Origin: Candidatus Bathyarchaeia archaeon
Lineage (GTDB): Archaea > Thermoproteota > Bathyarchaeia > Bathyarchaeales > Bathycorpusculaceae
Assembly (NCBI GenBank): GCA_050010515.1
Contig: JBEKKX010000027.1
Span: 1 to 32,131 of the forward strand
Direction: 5' to 3'
DNA length: 32,131 nucleotides
The translations under genes were made by a program, and so were the position numbers. This document shows positions 25,103 to 32,131 of this stretch, in pieces. The notes under the pieces were generated by a model that saw only the letters and a program-made list of their open reading frames with translations, had not been told where the DNA came from and did not search any database. How positions within the stretch are numbered: the stretch's first letter is position 1; each line of letters opens with the position of its first letter.

Positions 25103-25517
25103 AATAAAGAAGCGATCTTCGTCTGTATCCTTTTCGCTGAGTCGATGGTTCAGCAAAATTTCAACAGCTACTCCTTCAGCACTCTTAATTACTGTTGCAG
25201 GAATTTTATACTGTGTATTTCTCTTCGGCGGTGGCTTGTATACTCTTATTACCCGTCCTGCTCCCTCAGCCTACGTTAATGGAAATTTCTATTTCCTCTA
25301 TCCAAATCTCAGTTCGCAATTCATATCTGACACTGTGATCTCGGTAATATTGTATGGTTTTGGTTTTCTCGGTCTGTTTGTTATTTATCAAAGTACCAAG
25401 AGCGCTTATAACCCAAGGCAAGCTTACATGATGCTAATCATAGGCGTAGCATTTTTGCTTCTTTCATACATATTCTTGGAAGGCGCGATTGCTTTCAAAT
25501 CATCCGGCGGAGCTTAA
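25086..25517 (+). CDS. OSTC/DC2-like (OST3/OST6 family) three-TM membrane protein
   Basis: PSA...GG..Y..I..P...FL.....QFI.D.....L...G.LG...S...IG...LLS...K is collinear with eukaryotic OSTC/DC2 as I recall it. AGGAGG SD at 25077-25082. Confidence 0.75.
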   Translation: MEMASKIKKRSSSVSFSLSRWFSKISTATPSALLITVAGILYCVFLFGGGLYTLITRPAPSAYVNGNFYFLYPNLSSQFISDTVISVILYGFGFLGLFVIYQSTKSAYNPRQAYMMLIIGVAFLLLSYIFLEGAIAFKSSGGA

Positions 25518-25546
25518 CTCTGTCTTTTTTCCATAGGTTTTTCTTT

Positions 25547-26056
25547 TTACCACGGGTTTCTTTTTAGTTTCATTTTGTATGCTAAGAAATTTGTTAATAA
25601 ATGAATAGGCGGAGTAATCAGCAAAACTGTAACTGCCAATTCCCAATTTACAATGGCTAAAGGAACCGAAAACACGATTGCACCAATGGCAAAGTCAACT
25701 TGATCAACTATAGGAAGTAAACCCCCTGGAGCAATCCCTATCCTTCTCTTTAAAAAAGCGCCTGCCAAATCGCCTAAAAGTGCCCCCAAAGGAATCAACA
25801 TGCTAAACAAGATTGGAAAACCAAAAAGTACGCACTCAATTAATCCAACTAATACGCCGATTGCTAAGCCGAAAAAGAAGCCCCTGAAAGTTTTGTTATT
25901 TCCAAAGATTCGTTTTCCATCATAAAAGTTCTTTCCGAAATCCATCTGCGTTCCCCCGCCAGCAAGCACTGGCGTGGCGTTTGCGCAGTAGGCTGGAAAA
26001 ATAAATTTTAATGCTTCAACGATCAGCTGAGTTATTTCCATGTGGTCAACCATCAT
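25547..26056 (-). CDS. carS: CDP-archaeol synthase
   Basis: PAY.AN..P, DFG...DG.RIFG..KT.RG, GDL...F.KRR.G, DQ.DF. ATGA overlap with the upstream RadB-like gene. Confidence 0.93.
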   Translation of the reverse strand: MMVDHMEITQLIVEALKFIFPAYCANATPVLAGGGTQMDFGKNFYDGKRIFGNNKTFRGFFFGLAIGVLVGLIECVLFGFPILFSMLIPLGALLGDLAGAFLKRRIGIAPGGLLPIVDQVDFAIGAIVFSVPLAIVNWELAVTVLLITPPIHLLTNFLAYKMKLKRNPW

Positions 26057-26748
26057 TTTTGGAATTCAGTATCTTTTATTCCGGTTTCGCCTATTTGTAC
26101 ATAACAAGTGACTTCTTGCTTGTTTTCCCGTGTTTCAAGAACAGCTTTGATTGTTTGAGGATAGCCGGTAGGTTTCATAGCGATTATTGTGTCAGCCCAG
26201 AATTTTAAAACTCTGTTTGCAACGGGCGCGACGCTGACGTTTGGGTCATCAAAAACGCTTCTTACTTGGCTTACTATTATAACTGGGATTTTTCGGATTT
26301 TTGCTGTTTGCGCTAAAATTGCTAATTGCCTGTTCAATTCACGGTTTACGCTGAAGGCTTTGCCAGAGGACTCAGCAACTTCTGCTCCATACAAAGATGT
26401 GAAGGTGTCAATTACTATTAACCCAAAATTTTTTGCTGTATAATCTTGAATGCGGTCTATAACCGCCGTTTGTTCATTGAAATCCTTAGGTTTAATTAAA
26501 ATGACTTGCTCAGCAACCTGGTCGAATTTATCGCCTGAAAGTTGTGAAAGCCTTTTGGTCGAGAAAGTGTTATCGCAGTCAACAAAGAGTGTCTTGTAGT
26601 TTTGTAATGCACAACTAACGGTGCATTGTATCGCAAACGTTGTTTTTCCAGTTTCGGGTTCACCATAAATTAAAGTAACGCTTTCGGGTGAAATGCCCCC
26701 GCCAATGTTGCTATCGATGCATCTGCAGCCTGTGTGGATTGTGACCAT
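26053..26748 (-). CDS. radB: RadB-like RecA-family ATPase
   Basis: Core-only RecA fold: TG...D...GGG, Walker A GEPETGKT, Walker B LIVID, SQVR. Confidence 0.8.
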   Translation of the reverse strand: MVTIHTGCRCIDSNIGGGISPESVTLIYGEPETGKTTFAIQCTVSCALQNYKTLFVDCDNTFSTKRLSQLSGDKFDQVAEQVILIKPKDFNEQTAVIDRIQDYTAKNFGLIVIDTFTSLYGAEVAESSGKAFSVNRELNRQLAILAQTAKIRKIPVIIVSQVRSVFDDPNVSVAPVANRVLKFWADTIIAMKPTGYPQTIKAVLETRENKQEVTCYVQIGETGIKDTEFQK

Positions 26749-26833
26749 ATTTTACCCTTTTTCGCGTCAAGATTATAAACCTGAAACTAGTAAAGTGTTC
26801 TGCACTTAAACGTATACTATTAAGGTTGATTTA

Positions 26834-27481
26834 TTGAAAGAAAAAGTTGCTGTAGCCACAGTAGAGGGGAAAGCGTACTTTCTAATCGTAAACGTGTTAA
26901 GAGAGCAAAATATCTCCTTCATAAGTTTGGTTCCGGGCGAGTCAGTGCCTGCCGAAGTGAAAGCGGTAATAACAACTGAGAAGGAAAAGCATTTGGTAAA
27001 AAACGAAAACATACTAATCTTAGCAAGCGAAAATGAAGTGGACAATTTGGTTAACGAGGTAAAGCGAATACTTCAAGGAAAAGAAGCCTACGAAAAAATT
27101 TTAATCGGCATTGACCCAGGTGAAGCAATTGGGCTGGTAGTGATTGCCGATGGAAAAGTTATTGAGGAAGGCAACTGCTTTAGCTCGCAAGAGGTAATTA
27201 ACAGCATAATTAAGACAATAAGAAACGTTAATTCCACAGTGACAAGCGTTTCCGTTAAAATTGGGAATGGTGTTCCTGTTTACAAGGAGTTAGTCGAAGC
27301 CTTAGATGATGCTTTGCCGTCTGCAGTGGTGCTGGAAGTGGTGAGTGAGGCAGGAACCAACCGACCCCTAAAAAAGAACGAGCGCAGCCGAAGAATCAGG
27401 CATATTTCTTCAGCCATACGGATTGCTGGAAGAACAGGCTATACTATTCCAAGGAGGAAGATGATTGCAACAAACAGTTGA
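26834..27481 (+). CDS. Archaeal hypothetical protein with RNase H-like (YqgF/RuvC-type) IGIDPG domain
   Basis: LIGIDPGEAIGLVV, KIGNG, V.E.GT. Overlaps clp1 by 17 nt. Confidence 0.7.
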   Translation: MKEKVAVATVEGKAYFLIVNVLREQNISFISLVPGESVPAEVKAVITTEKEKHLVKNENILILASENEVDNLVNEVKRILQGKEAYEKILIGIDPGEAIGLVVIADGKVIEEGNCFSSQEVINSIIKTIRNVNSTVTSVSVKIGNGVPVYKELVEALDDALPSAVVLEVVSEAGTNRPLKKNERSRRIRHISSAIRIAGRTGYTIPRRKMIATNS

Positions 27482-28553
27482 ATCCAATAGGACACTGCTA
27501 GTGGATGGTCCAGCATCTGTGTGTGTTGTTTCTGGCAAGGCTGAAATGTTCGGTTATCAATTAAAACAAGCAGTAAGAATTGTTGTTCGTGAAGGAAAGC
27601 GCCTGCCATTTTTTGTCCTTGAAAAAGCAGTTTTTGATGTTTCATTAGGACCAAACGCAAGCATTGAAGAAGTTGAGGGCGGCACAATTCCAGAGTCATG
27701 GAATAAACCTCTTGAAGCAATTTTGAGCGTGCAGAAGAAGCCAGTTGTTGTTTTGCTTTTGGGGAAAATTGATTCTGGAAAAAGCAGTTATTGCACTTAT
27801 TTAGTAAACAAGTTGGTTAACGGAAAATGCAGGGTTGCTGTTTTAGACGGCGATTTAGGTCAATCAGACATTGGTCCCTCAGGAACCGTGGGTTATGCGA
27901 TAATTTCCAAGCCAGTAACAGAATTGGACAATTTGAAGTTGCAGAACGCTTTTTTTGTGGGTGATACCTCGCCGATGATGGCAATAGCCAAAATAATTGA
28001 AGGCTTAGCCGCTATGAAGGCTGAGATTTTACAGAGACCCATTGATTTTGTGGTAGTTAATACTGATGGTTGGGTTACAGACGATATTGCTGTAAGCTAC
28101 AAAACGCAATTAGTCAAAGAATTAAAGCCAGACATCATAGTTGGCATACAAGTTGAAGATGAACTTACGGCTCTTATTGCTAACTTGGAAAACACTTCAG
28201 TGATTATGGTCAAGCCCTCTTCTTCTCTTAATCAGCGGAGCGCAGAAAAACGCAAAAGCCTGCGCGAAATGACTTATGCAAAGTACATGAAAGACGCAAA
28301 ACTTCAGTGCTATCCATTAAGCCAAGTGACAATTGAACCAAGAGAGGCTCTTCCAAAGTATCAAGAGCCAGAAAAGGGGCTACTTGTCGGGCTATACGGT
28401 TCTGGAAGCAAATTCTTAGGGATCGGTGTCTTGCGTGAAATTAACCAGATGCGGAAAGCGTTAAAAGTTCAAACTGCAGTTTCAGCTAAGCCGCAGAGGC
28501 TTGTTTTTGGAAAAGTCATCCTAAACGAGAAGTTACAGGAAATTCAAGACTGA
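27465..28553 (+). CDS. clp1: Clp1/Grc3/Nol9-family polynucleotide 5'-hydroxyl kinase
   Basis: Walker A GKIDSGKS, DGDLGQSDIGP, NTDGW clasp, R...RK..RE lid. Confidence 0.9.
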   Translation: MQQTVESNRTLLVDGPASVCVVSGKAEMFGYQLKQAVRIVVREGKRLPFFVLEKAVFDVSLGPNASIEEVEGGTIPESWNKPLEAILSVQKKPVVVLLLGKIDSGKSSYCTYLVNKLVNGKCRVAVLDGDLGQSDIGPSGTVGYAIISKPVTELDNLKLQNAFFVGDTSPMMAIAKIIEGLAAMKAEILQRPIDFVVVNTDGWVTDDIAVSYKTQLVKELKPDIIVGIQVEDELTALIANLENTSVIMVKPSSSLNQRSAEKRKSLREMTYAKYMKDAKLQCYPLSQVTIEPREALPKYQEPEKGLLVGLYGSGSKFLGIGVLREINQMRKALKVQTAVSAKPQRLVFGKVILNEKLQEIQD

Positions 28554-30478
28554 ATTTTAAAGAAATTGCTGATTTCGCTGGCTAAAACATTTTTTTCGTT
28601 AGGTAACGTTTTCATTCCATTACTTATCCATGACGGGAGGAAGCCACGACAGTAATTTGTGGCAAAGCGATAGTCTAAAAAGACTATGGCTCCTCGGTCA
28701 TCCAATGTCCTGATTGGTCTTCCTGCGGCTTGAGAAGCCTTTTTCATAGCGGGCAAAACATAACCATATTCACGCCCAAACCCCGGAAAACATTTCTCGT
28801 AATAATCAATCTGCGCTTTCACCCTCGGCGTCGGCGTGGCATACGGAACTCCCACGACTATTACGGAGTTCATTTGGTTGCCTGGAAAATCCACGCCTTC
28901 CGAGGTTCTTCCGCCTTGAACGCCAAGGAACACGGCGCCGTTTCGGTCGCCGCATGCTTTGAAGTCTGAGACCATTTTCTCGTTTGCTTTAGAAGTCATG
29001 CCTTTTCGCTCGTGGAACAGCGGTTTATCTATTACGTTTTCTAAGCCTTCGTCAAGTAGCGCTTTCAGTACTTCGAATGAGGCAGCGAAAATTCCAGTGT
29101 TCGTGGGAGTATTCTGTGCAACCTCGTTTATCCGTTGATTGATTGTCTGGTACATGGTGGGGGTTCTTTTTTCCATGGCTGTTGTGACGCCGAGGCAAAC
29201 GGCTGAGAACACGTGTTCTTTCGGAAACGGCGATGGCACAATGCATTTCACGGTGTTTTCTGGGAGTCTTGTGATGCGTGCGTAGGCTTCCAGCGGCTGA
29301 AGTGTACCTGACATTATAACGTTAGCGTAAGTTGATGAGAAAACTGGTTCAGTGATTTTCGAGGGGTCCAGCGAAACTATTTCGAGCTTTGCTGTTTTAT
29401 TGTTTTCTTTGTTGAAGTATCTGCTTGCGACATTGATGAATGAAGCGTCGCCTAGGTTGTCCAGCCACTTGAGCATGAATTCGCTCATTGCATGAATGTA
29501 GGAACGTGGGTTTTTTCCCTCAGCCAATAAACTTTTCCTTACAGAATTGCCGACTTCGTGGAATTGCTCAAAGAATTCTCTAGGGTCGGTTATGTTTCCT
29601 TGTTTTTGAATAATTTCAATAATGCGGTCTGGAGGAATTATTTCCTCTCGACTAATTTGGTCGGTTAATTTTTCCACTTCAATCCTAAAAAAATGTGCGA
29701 AATCCTCAATGTCCTTATTGCCGAACCTGTTAGCTTCCAACTCTGCCTGTTTCATCACGAATAGAGATAGGGTGCTGCTTGAGATGTCAATAGCTGTCTC
29801 AGGCAAGTTATGTGCTTCGTCAACGACTAGAATGATTTTCTGTAGCTCTGTTTCAAGATTCTTCAAAAAAGCTGTGCGTATCACGGGGTCAAAAACATAC
29901 AGGTAGCTTAGGGCAACGACTTTAGCGTCAGATAGGGCAGATTTGACAAGTTCATATGGGCAGACTTCTCTTTTCTTGCAGATGCTTAGGATTTCAGACG
30001 CCATGTACGGTCGAGCAGCTATTTGCCGTTGAAGCAAAAGGTAATCATATGTTCGCTCATCCACGTTAACGTAGTACGGGCATCTACTTTTCGCCTTCAA
30101 TAACTCACAAACTTCCATAAGAGACTTTGAATCAAAAGCGCCTCTGGTAGCGAAAACGTTAAGGCACATTTCATTGCGTCCTCGAATGGAAACGCCTGTA
30201 ACTTGATGTTTTCTAAAAACTGCTCTTAACTCTTCAATCACGCGGTCATGCTGGCGGTGAGTCCGCGCAACATATAATATTTTCAGGTTTTTCTCTATGG
30301 CTACAGGTAAACAAGCAGAAAGGGCAGAAATTGTTTTTCCAAGACCGTTGCTGCCTTCAATCAGAACAGAACGTCTATCGTGTACGGCGTTGAAAACTGT
30401 GCTTATGAACTCGTCTTGGTGTGGCCGCACACTATTGTAGGGGAAATACTCTGTAACTTGGCTTGGCAGTTTAATCAT
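28544..30478 (-). CDS. xpd: XPD/Rad3-family Fe-S DNA helicase
   Basis: Q motif RPHQ, GSNGLGKT, four Fe-S Cys (EMC, EVC, CPYY, CPYE), DEAH, SGTL, SEGVDF, QAAGRPIR, LDYRF. Confidence 0.93.
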   Translation of the reverse strand: MIKLPSQVTEYFPYNSVRPHQDEFISTVFNAVHDRRSVLIEGSNGLGKTISALSACLPVAIEKNLKILYVARTHRQHDRVIEELRAVFRKHQVTGVSIRGRNEMCLNVFATRGAFDSKSLMEVCELLKAKSRCPYYVNVDERTYDYLLLQRQIAARPYMASEILSICKKREVCPYELVKSALSDAKVVALSYLYVFDPVIRTAFLKNLETELQKIILVVDEAHNLPETAIDISSSTLSLFVMKQAELEANRFGNKDIEDFAHFFRIEVEKLTDQISREEIIPPDRIIEIIQKQGNITDPREFFEQFHEVGNSVRKSLLAEGKNPRSYIHAMSEFMLKWLDNLGDASFINVASRYFNKENNKTAKLEIVSLDPSKITEPVFSSTYANVIMSGTLQPLEAYARITRLPENTVKCIVPSPFPKEHVFSAVCLGVTTAMEKRTPTMYQTINQRINEVAQNTPTNTGIFAASFEVLKALLDEGLENVIDKPLFHERKGMTSKANEKMVSDFKACGDRNGAVFLGVQGGRTSEGVDFPGNQMNSVIVVGVPYATPTPRVKAQIDYYEKCFPGFGREYGYVLPAMKKASQAAGRPIRTLDDRGAIVFLDYRFATNYCRGFLPSWISNGMKTLPNEKNVLASEISNFFKIQS

Positions 30479-31145
30479 GCTTATCCCCTAAACAATTCGA
30501 TGGACAGTAAGCGTTAACTGGACACTCTGGACAAAGCGGCTGCCTTGCCTTGCAGTATCTTCTACCGTGCGCAATAAACAGCAAATGGACCGCCAAGTAA
30601 TCTTTCGGGTCAAAAAGTGACTGGAGACTCAAGCGCACCTCCTCGTAACCGCCGTTTGCAGGCGCTAAACCAAGCCGTTTCGATACACGATTCACATGCG
30701 TATCCACAGGAATGGTGGGCTGATTTGCTGCGAAGAGCAAGACAACATCCGCTGTTTTCGGTCCAATTCCAGGCAGTTCAGTAAGCGTTTTTCTAGCCTC
30801 TTCAAGAGGCAACGATAAAACAGGCTTTAGTGAGCCCTGAAATTTTTCCAGAATGATTTTTGAGACTGTTTGTATTGTTTTGGCTTTGCTTTTGTAGAGA
30901 CCGCCAACGTGAAGGCAAGCTTCAATCTTGCTTGTTTCGGCTTTTGATAGTGCTTGAGGCGTTACTTCGAACTGCTTCGAGAGGTTTTCGAAGGCTCTCT
31001 CAGTATTGCGGTCAGCGGTGTTTTGTGAAATAATCGTTATAACTAAGGTTTCGAACGGGTCGTTTATTGGTTTAACCAATTTAGGCACAGCTACCGTGTC
31101 CCGTAGTATTTGCAAGATTATTGCCGCATGACTGTCAGCCATCAT
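30471..31145 (-). CDS. nth: Endonuclease III (HhH-GPD glycosylase/AP lyase)
   Basis: ISQNT, LPGIGPKTA, VDTHV and Fe-S loop CKARQPLCPECPVNAYC. Overlaps the xpd start by 8 nt. Confidence 0.95.
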   Translation of the reverse strand: MMADSHAAIILQILRDTVAVPKLVKPINDPFETLVITIISQNTADRNTERAFENLSKQFEVTPQALSKAETSKIEACLHVGGLYKSKAKTIQTVSKIILEKFQGSLKPVLSLPLEEARKTLTELPGIGPKTADVVLLFAANQPTIPVDTHVNRVSKRLGLAPANGGYEEVRLSLQSLFDPKDYLAVHLLFIAHGRRYCKARQPLCPECPVNAYCPSNCLGDKHD

Positions 31146-31242
31146 CGTGCCTTCATAGGTCTCGAAAATATTAACCTCCAACTATTGATTTGCCAAGTTA
31201 TAAATATCCTTTCAATTGATAATTAGGTCTTACTGAGTACAT

Positions 31243-31376
31243 CTTAAGACCTTTTAATGTACTCTGGAAACTTCAAAGTGAAAAGACTGTAATTCTTAAT
31301 ACTAAATTGAGAGAGAAGAGAATAGACTTTAGAAGAGAAAAGTCCTTAAGACCTTCTTAATGTACTCTGGAAACTT
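31243..31376. repeat. Two-copy 31/32-bp direct repeat
   Basis: CTTAAGACCTT(C)TTAATGTACTCTGGAAACTT at 31243-31273 and 31345-31376, differing by one inserted C and 71 nt apart. Confidence 0.9.
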
Positions 31377-31380
31377 AACG

Positions 31381-31650
31381 TTATTGCTTTTTAATTTCTT
31401 TCTTCAGAGTCTCAATATCGTCTTTATTATTTTTTATATCGTCTTTAATCTTTTTTAATTCTTTATCACTCTCACTATTTTTGTGTGTTTCAGAAAGAAA
31501 AGCCCAAACCGCAATTATTACAAAAGACGCAAAGAAAAGAGCATATAGAGAAGAATCAAGAACTTGTGTACCTACCACTAAAAGACATACGATACCAAGA
31601 AGAAGTAACAAAAAATTAATTTTTGAAAACCTCAATTTAGTTTTCTCCAT
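31381..31650 (-). CDS. Small two-TM protein with coiled-coil tail
   Basis: Two hydrophobic helices followed by heptad-like LKKIKDDIKNNKDDIETLKKEI. AT-rich. Confidence 0.7.
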   Translation of the reverse strand: MEKTKLRFSKINFLLLLLGIVCLLVVGTQVLDSSLYALFFASFVIIAVWAFLSETHKNSESDKELKKIKDDIKNNKDDIETLKKEIKKQ

Positions 31651-31719
31651 TCATTTTTGTTTTCCTTGTTTAGTCTATTTCTACGCTGAGCAGATTTAAG
31701 ACTTATCATCCATGAAAAC

Positions 31720-32103
31720 TTAGCTATGCGCCAAGACATATTCGTTTATTAATCTTAATTCGTCATCTGATAAAGGCATATAGCCTTTATACGCTTCTGT
31801 ACCATCGTATTTTTTGTCGCTGTCAATGGTTTCCTTAAAAGCTTTTAATATCCATGGGTCACCTGTCAAATCTTTTTCGGTATAAGGTTTCAAAATGCCT
31901 AGTTTTCTTGATATTTCTAAAATGAAGTCCTTATTTTCCTCAACTAATGGTCTTGCATCAGTTATGTCCTTCGTAATTTCTTTCAGTTTTTCTTTATCGT
32001 TTGCATCTTTAACCATTTTTATTAGGTCTTCATGCCTACTTTTGGCGATTATCTTTCCCCAAAAGATGAATGCTCCTATTGTTTTAAGCGTTATTAACGG
32101 CAT
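31720..32103 (-). CDS. Hypothetical protein (AT-rich, start uncertain)
   Basis: 127-codon ORF, charged and helical-looking, with no motif I recognise. Confidence 0.6.
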   Translation of the reverse strand: MPLITLKTIGAFIFWGKIIAKSRHEDLIKMVKDANDKEKLKEITKDITDARPLVEENKDFILEISRKLGILKPYTEKDLTGDPWILKAFKETIDSDKKYDGTEAYKGYMPLSDDELRLINEYVLAHS

Positions 32104-32131
32104 GAATTCACCTGATTTTTCCTTTGGAATA

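Noticed and set aside
31243-31376. Direct repeat as a minimal CRISPR array
   Set aside because: Only two copies, a 71-nt spacer that is too long, an indel between the copies, and no cas operon in the window.
31225-31376. Type III toxin-antitoxin (ToxI-like) pseudoknot repeat array
   Set aside because: The repeats are not tandem, the second copy has only half of the pairing elements, and no ToxN-like gene is recognisable next to them.

Overview
Archaeal chromosomal segment, most likely from Bathyarchaeia or another TACK lineage. This is inferred from a crenarchaeal-type PolB1, a group II chaperonin, CarS, AglB, tandem MoeA genes, GGTGA/GGAGG Shine-Dalgarno (SD) motifs and frequent TTG/GTG starts. 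It is mostly housekeeping: sua5, thermosome, thymidylate synthase, two moeA, speB, rsmB-like, polB1, aglH-aglB, topA, carS, radB-like, clp1, xpd and nth. The most notable signal is a set of eukaryote-like proteins. These are an OSTC/DC2 (OST3/OST6-family) membrane protein 3 kb from an AglB with eukaryotic STT3-style motifs (a candidate multi-subunit oligosaccharyltransferase), a PSMG4/PAC4-like proteasome chaperone, and a Clp1 with a eukaryote-type N-terminal domain coupled to an RNase H-fold gene. Also seen: a head-to-head deletion scar (GH130 remnant / copper storage protein), a HEPN-like/MNT pair with an extra Cas2-like domain, a DUF488 protein with a PIP-like tail, small genes missing from the ORF track, a pseudogene behind topA, and a direct-repeat/pseudoknot element at the edge of an AT-rich region. 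I found no tRNA, rRNA or CRISPR array. All family assignments come from motif recognition by eye and from remembered reference sequences, not from database searches.
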